Shown piece by piece: positions 30,606 to 43,225 of a stretch of DNA of 64,000 nucleotides (position 1 is the first letter of the stretch; each line of letters opens with the position of its first letter). Below the pieces are notes generated by a model. It ran no database searches, was not told the origin of the DNA, and saw only the letters and a program-made list of their open reading frames with translations. The stretch is from assembly GCA_001179505.1 (NCBI GenBank), contig CDMY01000283.1, forward strand, positions 1-64,000, read 5' to 3'. The stretch comes from Vitrella brassicaformis CCMP3155 (lineage: Eukaryota; Protista; Chromerida). Made by a program: the position numbers and the translations under genes.

Positions 30606-32652
30606 ATGTCTACGCCCATAGCCCTGTGGAAGCAGCTCGAGCAGCAGCTGAGATGTAAGCACACTTCCCGTGTGAGATGAGATCAGATGTCAGGCAAAGA
30701 CGCCCTGTCCGTGACGCCGCTTTGTGTGTATGTGTTGTGTTTGCTGCCTTGGTCTTCAGGTCAGATATGCCAGCAGTACATGGAGGCGCCCGTGTCGCTC
30801 AAGGTGGCGAGGATACACAGTACACACACGCACACAGACTCATCTACACCATTCACTTCTTGGATCTCTCTGTGTGGCATGCCCTGCCCTGCATCCATTC
30901 ATTTCTCGGTCATCCCTCTCAGTGCGGCCACGTCTTCTGCAGTCTGTGCATTCGACGCACCATCGTCAACGGCAGCGCCAAGTGCCCATTCTGCCAACAG
31001 CCTGCCAAAACGGTGGGTGCGCACACACCGCCAAATCGCCAACACACACCACACCCTCATAGTATCGGTCATTCCCTGTCTGAGCCTCTGTGTGTCTGTG
31101 TGCAGAGTGATCTGCGCCCCTCCCCCTCGCAGCACTCTCTGATAGAGCTGATAAGGAATGCGGCGGACGGCAAGTTCCGCAAGCTCGTCCGCAGCAAACT
31201 CAAGGCGTCCTCGAGGGCAGAGATGGACCAGCAGAAGGTGCGTGTGTTGGTGCGACGCTGTTCGATGTCTTCGTTTCCCATCTCTCCCTGTGTGTGTGTG
31301 CGTGCAGACGCCCAAGTACCGCAATAACGTTGTGCCGAGGAAGCGCTCGGGAACCATTACCGGGATGCTGGGCCTGGGGCAGCCGACATCAGCAGCAGCG
31401 AGCTCCGGCGACAGAGGGGGGGAGATAGTACGCAAGCACGGGCGGGCACCACCAGTGTCGCTCTCCGACCCCCACACACATATTCCATGATGTTTGTGTG
31501 TTGTGTTTGTTTGATGTGTGCAGACTTCGCATAAGACCGGGGTGACCTATGGGGGCAAGAACAATACCGCCATCGTTGATATGCTGCGGGTTAACAGACA
31601 CACAGGCAGACGACAAACAGGCGCACCACATGCACACATCCGCTCACCTTTGTTGTGTGTGCGTGTGTGTGTGCATAGCAAGAGGGTCTGCCTGTGGAGA
31701 AGGGCAAGGCGGCGGACGTCAGGGACATCCACGTAGCCAGACACGAGGTGAGTCCACTTTTTTTGTTTTGGGTGGGGTGGTCTCCCTTAGACAGACATAC
31801 ACACACGGCCATCCCACCGATGTGATGGTTGGATGGATTTGTGTGTGCAGGAGTTTTGTCTGCGTTGGGACGCCACGGTTGACGCCATCAAGTGCGGCGG
31901 GCAGGTCAAGAAGGTCGGTGGGGTGGAGATCAGCAGGCCACTCGCCGCTTATACACTCTCTATATATCTGTGTGGCTGTGCTGTGTGGATGCCTGCAGAC
32001 TAAGGCAGACTTAGTCAAGGAGGTGATGGACTGGGAGAGGCGGCACAAGCAGGCCTCCTCCTCACCCACGGCAGGAGCGGCAGCCGCAGCGGCGGCATCG
32101 TCCGACCTGCCCCCCGAGCTGCAGCAGCAGGCCCGCATGACGCCCCAGGAGCTGATGGCACAGCTGCGGAAGCGCATGGGGCGCCAGAAACAAGAGGGAC
32201 AGCCAGAGCCAGAGGCAGACAAGGAGATGCCCCCTCCCCCCGTCGGACCACCACCAGCCCCCCCACCCCCACCCCACCCCCAACCAAAGAAGCGCTCACA
32301 CAACGAGATGGTCCTAGAGGATGACTCCACTGGTCTGCCTGGAGCTTCACAACCAGCAGCTGCAGCTGCAGCGGCAGCAGCTCCCGCCGCGGCCGGAGGC
32401 GCGTCTTCCTCAGGCTTTGCCCAGGATTTCGGTGCGTTGCTCGGCGACAGCCATAGACACCCACAGCACCCACAGCAGCCCCCAGAGAAGCGACCAAGGA
32501 CGGGGGGGATAGATCTGTCTAAGGTGGTGGACCTGACAGGTGATGATGAGATCAAGATCAACGCGATGAGTAGGAGGGGCCGCGTAGTCGCCCCGTGGCA
32601 CGCCATCATGGGGGGTGGCGGGAGGGGACACAAGAAGGGAAGGGGGCGGTAG
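30606..32652 (+). CDS. RAD18: RAD18-like E3 ubiquitin ligase (post-replication repair)
   Basis: N-terminal RING: LEQQLRCQICQQYMEAPVSLK|CGHVFCSLCIRR...KCPFCQQ. SAP-like and Rad18-typical segment KEGLPVEKGK...VARHE|EFCLRWDATVD...KADLVKEVMDWERRHK. Confidence 0.8.
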
Positions 32653-33239
32653 GTAGACAGACAGGTGGAGAGATGGGTAGCATGGCAGTGTACATCGCTG
32701 GCTGGGTGCTGGTGAGAGATGGATGGACGGATGGATGGATGGCTCCATGGTGGTCCATTTTCTGCGGGTGTGGTGCATGGCGTGCAGTCAGTGTGTACAG
32801 ACAGACGATGACTGAGATTTGATGCATGCCATGCATGGCCAGCCTGCCGCCGCTGACGGACGGGACGGATGATTGCACACAAAGAGTGAACGTATGTATG
32901 ATAGCTAACCATACACGAATTTGCAGTCATTGTCAGTCATTTGCCGTCAACACACAACAGAGAGAGAGGAACACCACATGCATCAATCATTCGCACCATC
33001 CCGTCACACAAATGGGCCTGACCTGCTCATATAAATAAAGACCTGACTGACGTGGACACAGCACCTGTCCGTCCGTCACACCTTCTGCTGTCTTTCTATG
33101 AAGGGCAAAAACGTGTGTGTGGATAAGACCTATATGCAGCCATGCAGACTATGCACCCAAGACACCCACCCACCTAAACCCTCTCCCTCCACCACCACCA
33201 CACCACACAGGAAAAGGCTTGAGCTATTCGCTCAGCCGT

Positions 33240-35447
33240 CTAATTGATGCCCAGCACGAACCGCCCCTTCTTGTCGAAATACCCCAGCTGCGACCACTCA
33301 AACTCACAGTCGCCATTTCCGAGCTGCTCCTTGAAGCCCTTGACCACCTGGCCCCCCAAACCGCACTGGCCCGCCTCGTCCAGCCGCGCCTTGTGCACCA
33401 CCTCACGCAGACCGATCAGCCGGTGCGACCCCCCGACCCCATCGCCGACAGCAAAGCACTGCAGCGGGGGCACACGCACGGCCTGGCCGCTCTCGTCATG
33501 TCTCACCCCGCCCACCACCTCCCTGTTGCTCGTGGCCACGGTGGTCGCCTGCTTGACGAAGTGCGCCATGGCCCCGTGGACGCGCCCGCCGAAGGTGGTG
33601 TCGGCGCGGAGGTTGATGCCGTCGAGGGCCTGCTGGATGCTTCCTGTGTCGTTGTTGAAGGCAGCGATCTTCCAGGCGATCGCGGGAGCCTCCTGTGGGC
33701 CCAATGAGATGGCTGATGGGGACGCTTGGGGATGTCCGCCGTCGTGATGGGGTGCGAGTGGAAGCAGATGAGTGAGTAGGGCCGCAAGCTCACGGTGAGG
33801 GCGGAGGGCCGCGTTGACGGCGTCCATGGTCTGCTTGGGGATCTCACTGTTGAGGAGGATCATTAGCTGGCCCTTGGCGAGCGCTTTCTGCCGCCACTGG
33901 CCGATGCTATTGGTCGGCAGTTCCTCAATCGCGGCCCCGGCCCGCAGCAGCTCTCGCGCAACGTGCATGTAGGCGTGCACACCGTGCGGCGGAGTCATCA
34001 TGAGACGTGGGTCGGCTCGGCAGGGGAAGGGCGGGAGAAAGCGGCCGCTGGTGAGCTCCATGTCAATCCTCTGCACCGCCACCTCTAGAGGCGTCACCTG
34101 ATTAATGGAAGAAATGAGTGTCTCGTGTGGCGTCGTGGTGGTGTGGTTTGGTTATTGCGCACCGGTATGGGTGTGCCGGCACGGTTGTGGATCTCGCTGA
34201 GGGGCAGCTTGCGGCAGCAGTAGCTGAGGACGTTCAAGCAAGCCTGCATGGCTGCGCGCTGGATGAAGCCCACGTCCAGCACACAGCCGTGCTGCACCAT
34301 CTGATCCAGAAACCTGGACACACACCACACCCACCACAGGGAACATCAAAGACGAATCAAATCACCGAATCGCCCAGCCCGCGCTCTCTCTCACCCATCG
34401 ACGAAGCGTGGCCCGAAGAACTTGAGCATGTCCACGAGAAAGGCGGTCGTGGTCTCCGCCTCAGTGGCCAGAATGGGGTCGTAGTCCAGCAGCCGAGTGA
34501 AAGCCTCGAGCAGGTTGGCAAGGAACTGGACCTTCGCCTCGGATGTGTTCGCCCCCTTTCGGTGCTTGCCGAGCTCGATGAGCCCCAGGTTGATGATGGC
34601 TAGGCCCCGCACTCCAACGCGACGCTGCAGCAACACATCAACCGCCGCCAAATTGGCGGAAACCAGCGCCATAACAATTGGACAGCGATGCTGGGACGAC
34701 CAACACACACACAGACAAACACACACATACGGTATCTGCACACCCTTTGACACCCTCCCAACCCCCCTTCCCCCCTCCCTCCCTCACCGTGGTGCCGTTG
34801 GTGCTGCCCATCTGCACAATAGGGGTGAGCGGGACGGCCTCGTCGATGCGGTTGGGGTCGGCACGGCCGTCGGCGATGAGTGCTTCGAGTATGGCCGCCT
34901 GGGCCTCTCGTGACGGCCACAACGGGAGCATGACCTCGGACACGCCGCGGTCGTTCCACACGGACGGCATCTCCGGCAGGGCATCGTCGATGGCGAGCGA
35001 CAGCAAAGTGACGCGGTAGGGGAATGACTGGCCTGGGGCGCAAGTGACCTGACACCCACACAAACACATACGCACAGAGAACCATCCGTCTGCGTGTCCG
35101 CTGCCGGTGCGTGCCTTACCATGACGAGCGTGTTGCAGTCGGCTCCTTCACTGACTAGCTGGCGCAGCATCTCCGGCGTCAGTGTGCGCCGAACAATGGC
35201 CTCTACGGTTCGCTTGGTGGCCGGCACTCGTGGAGGGGTAGAAATGGACGGTCAGCCCCAGGATCTGTGTGGTGTCCTGGGGGATCTGCGGGGGCAGGTT
35301 GGTCAGCATAAATCCGGGGTTTCCTGCAGGGATGGCCATCAGTTGTCCCTGCTGCCCACCCTGCGGAGGGCCTTGCGGGTGGTTGGGCTGAGCAGCCTGA
35401 GGCACAGAGACGAACTGCCCGCCCGTAGGATAACCAGGAAACATCAT
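33240..35447 (-). CDS. Ankyrin-like repeat protein of a lineage-expanded family; apparent frameshift in exon 1
   Basis: Ankyrin-like segments LRQLVSEGADCN, ALIADGRADPN, PIVMALVSANLAAVDVLLQRRV, TPLEVAV, VARELLRAGA. C-terminus REVVHKARLDEA...KGFKEQLGNGDCEFEWSQLGYFDKKGRFVLGIN*, which I recall as typical of a large Vitrella family (not verified). Frames of ORFs 35148-35447 and 34784-35227 differ with no evident intron. Confidence 0.7.
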
Positions 35448-35632
35448 CCACCGTGAAAATGGGGTCTTCGCCTATCCCGTTGTGTTTTTCCGCACCCGAA
35501 GAGCTACCCTCTCGTAACCAACCAACCCACTGGAAAAAGAAGGTTTTTGTAGCTTTGGCGTGCATTCAGCCTTTGTTCGAAGTGATCTGCCGCCCTTGAG
35601 CCCGTGTTGAGACCGCGTTTGTCCTTCCAGCG

Positions 35633-36338
35633 ATGTCCGGCAAAGGCAAGGGAGGCCGTGGCAAGAAGGCGGGCGGCAAGAACGTAAGGCGACACCACAC
35701 ACCACACGTGCGTGTCGGTGGCGATGAGAAAACCGCCCAATCTCTTCTGTTGTCTTCTGTGTGTGGTTTGTGCCGGCAGGTGAGCCGCTCCGCCAAAGCT
35801 GGTCTGCAGTTCCCGGTTGGGCGTATCGCCCGGTACCTGAAGCAGGGCCGCTACGCCAAGCGCGTCGGCAGCGGGGCGCCCGTCTATCTGGCGGCCGTCC
35901 TCGAGTACCTGTGCGCTGAGGTGTTGGAGTTGGCCGGAAATGCTGCCCGTGACCACAAGAAGGTACGTGCGCACGGTGGTGGGTGGGTGAATGGGTCAAG
36001 ACGACCTGTGGGGTGACAAAGGATGGGTGACGGTGTGTGTGGGGGGGTGTTGTGTTGTGTTCAGAGTCGCATAGTTCCGCGCCACCTGCAGCTGGCCATC
36101 CGCAACGACGAGGAGTTGAACAAGTACATGCAGAACGTGACCATCTCCATGGGCGGCGTCCTGCCCAACATACACAACGTTCTCCTTCCCAAGAAGTGAG
36201 TGAGAAGTGCAGGACCAACACACGCATGGACGGATGGATGGATGGAACACGTCTCTGTCTGTTCTCTGTGTTGTGTGTGTGTTGTGTGTGTTCAGGGGCA
36301 AGAAGGCCAAGGAGGCTGCGGCCAGCCAGGAGTACTAA
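35633..36338 (+). CDS. H2AX: Histone H2A.X (C-terminal SQEY), 4 exons
   Basis: [17 protein letters not shown]|[61 protein letters not shown]|[43 protein letters not shown]|[14 protein letters not shown]. Confidence 0.97.
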
Positions 36339-37265
36339 TTAACTAACTCACCCCTAGCGGCGCAAACGTAGCATCTACACACACACACACACATGCACCT
36401 CTTAGTGTGCGTGTGTTGAGGGAGGGATCTGGATGCGTGTGGATGTCTATCGCTAGCTCATCTCTGCTGTTCGTTGAGTGCCTGGCCGCCTTGTTTTTCG
36501 TTTGTGGCTGGCTGCCTGTCTGTCTGTCTGTCTGGTTGGCTGGGTGACGTGTGTGTGTGGGAGGGGGGGTGCCTTTATTTTGGGATAGAAGATGTCCTTG
36601 ACCTTCTTACTCGCCTAGCCTGCCTGCCTCCCTGCCTGAGTACCATGTGCTGAGAGAGAGGCAAACGCAACACGTGTCCAGAGCTGCCCACCCACCCATC
36701 CACCCACAGACACACGCCATGCTCATGTGTGTTGCGGACACAGCGAGCCTTCTCTCTCTTTTGCCTTCCCTTGTTTCTCGTGCTAATTGCATGTCCGGTG
36801 CTTGCCTGTACATAACCAACCGTACGTATGGAATGCAATTGCTGGGTTTAGACGGACTCGCCTCCCCCCCTCCCCTCCCTCCCTGCTGTGCAGCCATATA
36901 GACAGACAGACAGTCAGACGCCATGCGGTCGGTCATGCACTCGCTGAGTGCCCATGACATCCATCAGCTGGCACACTTTGTGTGAGAGGGTCGGTTGTGC
37001 AGTGGATGCATGGATGGATGGTGCCTAGCTGGTCTGGATGGATGGATGGATGGATGGCTGGTACCGAGAGACCCTGATGGGCTGGCTGTGTGGTTTGTGT
37101 GTGCGTGTGTGAGCGAGTGACCGGGTTTAAATCAAGAACATGGTAGCAGCCATTGACGAGTCGATACTCGGTTGCACCCACTGTCACACACAACACACGT
37201 TTCACATGCTCAACCTTCCTGTGTCACACAAGAACCCCTCACACAGCCTGTTCTTCTGCCTTCGG

Positions 37266-38739
37266 TCATGTCCACTCAGGTGTGCTGGCGGGCTCAAACT
37301 GATACGTCTCTGGTGGCATCACCCCCTCCCCCTCCCCCTTGTCCTTCGCCCACCAGTAGAACCCAGGCTCATGCCCCCCTCCTTGTGGCTTGCGAGAGCG
37401 GAACTCTTCCCACAGGCCGGTCGTGTCGCTGTGCCGCGTCACGGCATCGTGGAAGCACTTGGTCATGGTGGCGCTGCTGATGCCCTGGGTGAGCTCGTCT
37501 GTGTGGGACGGCCAGTCTTCGACATTGTTAGCGAGGCCGGTTGTGCGGCTGATGCGGTGGAATACGTCGGTGAAGAGCTGCTCCATCATGGGCATGTATG
37601 ACTGCATGTCCTCTGATGCATGCAACACAAACAAGGAGGAGGCACATGTGACGGGAGGGAGACATACACACAGGTGGTTGTGTTGGTGTTTCTGACCACA
37701 GAGGTTGAGGAGCAGCCAGCAGAGCGCGAATTTCTGCGCGCGTCTTTTCCACTGCCTGACGAACGGGCCGTCCTCCTTCGCTCCCTCTGCTGCTGCTGGT
37801 GGTGCTGCAGCCGATGTGCCGTCAGGGTTGACCTGAGCCATGGCAAAGAACTGCTGATCCGCCCAGCTCGGTAACGCGCCTACACACACATCCACACGTA
37901 CATGGCTGTGTGCTGCGCTTCATAGGCTTTCCCGCCGTACTCTGTTCCTGCATTGCGAGGCCTCTCCTGAACGACACATACAGGCCCCCCACCAGCCCCC
38001 GGTCTCTCATGAAGGTCGCCTCGCAGTTCATCTGCCTGTCGCGCTCTCCCTGGCTCTTGCGCCAGGGGTACAGTCGATAGTGATGGAACAAAGGGAACAG
38101 ACACACAGCGTCGAACTGGCCCCACGCCGTCACACACTGACCGCCCGCTGTCTTGAAGTCAATCGGATACTGTGAGGTGTCAGAGGGGTGGAACACGCGT
38201 CTGCCCGTGTTGCAGTCGACCACTTCGTTTTTCTGCAGGGAGCCCTGGCTGTCCCATTGGTTGATTTGGGAGATGAATGAGTGTGGGGTCAGCTCGTGGA
38301 GGTCGATGAAGCGGTCGGCGTTGAGCAGGGCGTGGGTGAGCTTGTTCGGCTGGAAGGGCACCTTTTGTGTTGGGTCAGAGGGCCAGCCCTGCTGCTCGCC
38401 CACCGCACGAACGTGGCCAGTGCTATCTGCAGGCAGACACAAAGAAAGATGGAGCAAGCCTCTCGATGAATGTGTGCATGGAGCTGCAGGCTCACGGCAT
38501 CGGGCGAAGATGGCCTTGCAGACGACTATCTTCTGCATCTCCTCGGCAGTGAAGGTCTCCTCTGGCGGCCCCGTGCCCTGCTTCCATCGATAAGTGTTGC
38601 CATCGGTCAGCAGGTCGGAGAACTTGTAGCTGCGCATCTGCTCGGAGATGGCCAGGCATGTCCTCCTTTCGCCTGCAAGAACCTCACTCGCATCAATGCA
38701 GGGCAGGAGAAGCACCACAAGAGCCGTTCTGGAGAGCAT
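37266..38739 (-). CDS. Secreted hypothetical protein
   Basis: Signal-peptide-like MLSRTALVVLLLPCIDA. Long coding-like exons (ORFs 37822-38799 and 37266-37895) joined by GT-AG introns. The 3' end is uncertain and further exons are possible. Confidence 0.65.
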
Positions 38740-38797
38740 TGGGGAGACTGAGACGGCAGAGCCCCCAAAGGCCCACAGTCTCGTAAGTAAACGCGAC

Positions 38798-41350
38798 ATG
38801 AGGCGTTCTGTCCTGCTGGTGCTCCTGGGTGCGCTGTGGGCTCAATGCTCATCTGCCGGCGACGGTCCTTTCCCATCTCCGCCTTTTTTTGAACGGGATC
38901 TCGCCCTCTTCTTCAACGGAGATCTCACCTTTCAGCCAGACTGGGACTGCCGCGGCGTACCATCGCCCCATCCGAAGCTCCACTGGAACACATTGCGCCA
39001 GCAGCTGCTGCAGCTGTACCCGCCCTTCAATGACGCAGACACCAACACAAGCCCCGAGCAGCGCAAGGGTCTTTTCGCCGAGGTTCGAGGAGCCACAGAG
39101 ATCGGGCAGCTGTTCCTTGTGCTGGACCTCAATGCAACCAGGGCGCCTCACCGCAGCCAAGGGGCCCTGCAGACACGGCACTGCCCACTTGGTGCGTTTG
39201 CCTCGTGGCTGTTCCAGAGTGTGCACCCTCCTGACGGCATCATGGGCGACGGTGTGGAGGCGTTCCAGCGGTACATGCACTCATCAGCCCACACCATCCA
39301 CCAGACCATCAAGCAGCTGTCGATCGACGAGATAACGGGGACCACATGGCCAATCCTCAGGTACACACAGATGTGACATGGATGCCTGTGGCTGCTGTCT
39401 GCATTCCGTCCATCTGGTGCGGTGTGTTGGTATGTCAGGCTGCTCATTGCACTTGACAAGGGGTGGGCCAAGACCTCTGTCAACGATTGCTTCCACCACC
39501 CGCACCCATCGGTCGACTGGCGGCAGTTCCAGGCTGACGCGCAAAGCCTGGCCAAGAAGGTAATCGCGAGCGGCTCACTGGCCACGTATGCAGAGGACCA
39601 CGCCGCCGTCAGCCAGAGCGGCACCATCCTATTCCTCACCACGTCACGCGCACCATGGAACCTATCTGTCGCCGATTCCATGGCGCTGCTGACCGGCAAC
39701 AGCACGCCATCGACAAACTCGACGGCCCATGGCAACACGACAGTGGCGACGACCATCGGGAGGTTGACTCTCGCTTGTCCATTAGGGTCGGCCACCGCCC
39801 TGCTGCTGCAGGCGCTGGGTACGGCGGCCCTGCGTGACATGCACCGGCTGCTGCAGGTCAAGATGGCCATCGTCAGACAACACCTTACGGACATTCACGC
39901 CACGGCCGTCTTCAGCAGCGGTGAAGGGATACGGATGCATCTGAGAAAAGTCGTCATTCCGTTTCTTTATCTCTCTGCGTCAGGTTGGCCGATATTTGAG
40001 CTGCTGTTGATCATTGGGGAGCAGCGGTCGCACCGGAACTGTCGGCCGATACCGTTGCAGGACCTCATGCCCTTCCACAGGTCAAATCGATGTCGTTCTG
40101 CACGACAAGGGAGGGAGTGTCCCTGCTGTGTTTGTTGGCGTGTTCAGGTTCCCCGTCCCTGCTGATATCCTCTCTACTCTCCGTGGGCTGCACCCTCTGC
40201 AGATGAGGCAGCAGCTGCTCCCCTGGCTCGCACACAGAAGCGCTCGTAAGAAGGGAGACACCGACATCACACACAAAACCATGCCCTTTCTTCTTTCTCT
40301 TTGCCCTTCATTGCAGCGTTGAGGAATCTCACGGATGCCCTCAGCGCCGCAGCCCTGCTCGCCCTCCCCGTCCCAGCACACGCAGCAGGAGCAGCCGACG
40401 GCCGCCTCGTGTACATCACACTGGCGGCCAGCGATGCCGTCATCCCCTTCTTTCCACTCTGGTGGGGCCGACAGATACACATCCTCGGCCTACTCAACAC
40501 TGTCGTCATCACACGCTCTCAAGCCGCCTACCATGCCTGCATCGAGGGCAGGAAGGCCGCCCTCGCCCCCCCACGGCTGGCGGGCGTTTTCATCGCGACA
40601 GAGAGGGGCAGAACGACCATTGAGGAGCTGGGCACATGTGTCCTGCTGCCGTATGGCGATGGGAATGGCGAGGTTTGCGCAAGAGAGGAGGAAGTGAGGA
40701 AGGGCAACTTGTGGGGGGCATTTCCCGACACGGCTGCGGCGCTGGTCAAGTACTCAGTGCTGTTAGTGGGAGCTCAATTTGGCCTGCGGATGGTGTGGTT
40801 TGATATGGACGTCATGTGGGTGCGCGACCCGACACGGCTGATAGTGCAGCGGGCGAAGGACGGAGCGGCGGGAGAGAATGACTTGTTGGTGCTTGAAGAG
40901 CTCTTCACTGGTGGCTGGGGAGGGGAAGGGGTAAAGAGACATCAGCCGTTCGGATGTGTCTGTATGTGGCTATGTGTGTTCGGTAGATGACGCACGCGAT
41001 GAGATCATTTATGTGGGCAACACGGGCGCCTCTGACGTGTTCCTCGGCGTGCTCCTCTCCCTCATCATGGGCTTCCCATTCGCGGCCCCCAACAAGATGC
41101 TCAATGCCCTCATCAGACCGCAGGTAGGACGACACAACCTATGAGTGCATATCAATGTGTATGCTTCTCTCGCCTGTCTTGCAGACTGTGGCCTTTTCTG
41201 GGGTCCCTCGTCAGCTCGCCTTGGATCTGCGGCAGAGGATACGTGTGGGCATGCTCGACCCACAAGAGAGCTTCGCCAGCAGGCAAGGATGGTTCGGCGA
41301 CCTCGACAACGTCTATGCCTTTGCGACCTTCCAGCGAGAAGAGGACTGGT

Positions 41351-41386
<36 letters not shown>

Positions 41387-42996
41387 GTGCACTGCACACA
41401 GGCACATGACTCGATGGATGCTGTGTTTTCCCTCCTTGACTTGGCAGGCCTGCTATCGAGCACTCCATCATGGATCTGTTCAGCCCTTCCGTGCGGTGCA
41501 AGACAGCCGTCCACCTGCTTAGGAACCTCGCCGCAGCATCATCCACCACCACCGCACAGCAGCACCACGAGCAGCTGGCGAGAAACGACACCGGCACGGC
41601 CCTCAACGACACGGTGGGCGACGGCTGCTTTCGCGCCACCGTGTTGGAGACGCACAAAGTCCTTCTCTTCATCTTAGACACGTTCTTCCGCAACCGCACG
41701 CCCAAACAGCCTCTGTTCTCCACGGCAGCCGACAAGAGAAAGCAGGCCCTCCTTGGCGAGACGCGAAAGTTGCTGGAGAGGGAGGAGGCATTTCGGCACG
41801 GCAGAGAGAATGCCACCGACCTCCTGCCGACTGCAGATGACCCCATGAATGCCACATACGTGTCGCTGCCCTACGGGAATCTCACTGTGCTGTCGGTCAG
41901 CTATGCCGATGGGTGCTGTGAGATGGAGCAGGAGCAGAACCACAGGACGGCCTTGGAGTGGGGCTGCACGGACGCGTGGATGCTCAACGGGACCTTTCTT
42001 GACGTGGACTTCCCAGAGAAGAATCGGCTGCTGCTGGAGTTCCCGAGAGAGGGTGACTTGATTCGGTACAAGTCGCCCAGCGCCAAGCGGGGGTACTATG
42101 TGTGGAAGCCTTATGTCGTCCTCAAGGCGCTGCTGGTGAGTCTGCCACAGCTACATACACATCACCTGTATCCAACACACAAGACCGCCCTCTCTCTCTC
42201 GCTGTCTCTCTCTCTCTCGCTGTCTCCCTTTCTCTCTGTGTGGGCGTTGCGTGTGCAGTCTCCCGATTTGCCGTGGTATCGTGGCGTGTTGGTGTACAGC
42301 GATGCGGGCGGGTACTTCGTGGGACCAATACAAAGTCTGGTCGACACCTACCTGAACGGGAGCGATGTCGTCGCCTTTCAGGACTTCATGCTCGTGAGGC
42401 ACTGGCACACACACACACGCAGATGGGATGCCCTTCTCACTGTCTCTCATTATGTATTCATGTGTACACGTGTGGTGCAGGAGGGCGATTGGACGAAGCG
42501 CGACGCCTTCCTGGCGCTTGACGCCGACCACATCGCCATCGCCCTCAGCCAGCAGTACGCCACGGGCATCATCCTGATGCGCAAGACACCTCTGGCGGTC
42601 TCCCTCGCCCACTCATGGCTCAAGGCATGCCAGGACAGGAGAGTCATGACGGAAGAACCAAGCGTCATGGGTATGTATCTGACAAAGAGAACAGACCGTC
42701 AATGAAACAGACACCTTGTGTGTGTGTGTGTGTGTCGCTCGTGTGCACGTGCAGGCCAACCGGACTACCCAGGATTCAAGAATCACAACGACGACCAGTC
42801 AGCCTTCAGCCTGCTGTTCAAGCTGTACGGCTTCAGGGGCTTCTCGGTCATCACGCGCGACAAGCACATCCACTTCGCGCGCAACAAGAAGAAATTCGAG
42901 CTGCGTGCCGAGGCCACCGCACAGGGCCGGCGGCTGGGTGTGGACGACTACCTCACACAGACCACTGCGGCGCTGCAGGAGGCAATCAAAAGATGA
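38798..42996 (+). CDS. Large secreted/Golgi protein with two glycosyltransferase-like domains
   Basis: Signal peptide MRRSVLLVLLGALWAQCSSA. Nucleotide-diphospho-sugar transferase-like domain VKYSVLLVGAQFGLRMVWFDMDVMWVRDP. Second domain RGYYVWKPYVVLKAL...VYSDAG...EGDWTKRDAF...QYATGIILMRKT...WLKACQDRRVMTE...FKNHNDDQSAFSLL. Confidence 0.78.
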
Positions 42997-43033
42997 CTGA
43001 CTTTATCGGGAGCATGTTTGTCCATGCTGTACA

Positions 43034-43161
43034 TGTACGTGTGGATGCAACGGTTTGCACTGAAATTCGAATCATTACTTTGTCAGCGAGAAACAGAGCA
43101 CCACGCTGACTCAAATGAGCAAAGGGGATTGATTCAACCCTGCAGGAATCACTTGCGAGCT
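43034..43161 (+). repeat. ~130-bp upstream segment duplicated at 49327-49456
   Basis: Shared blocks TGTACGTGTG, TTTGCACTGAAATTCGAATC, TTACTTTGTCA, GAGCACC, CTGACTC, AAAGGGGATTG, TTCAACCCT and TTGCGAGCT in the same order and with near-identical spacing. Confidence 0.9.
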
Positions 43162-43225
43162 TGGCATCAGACCCCAAGTGCCGTCAAACACACACACACA
43201 ACAAAAGACAGAGATATAGAGAAAG

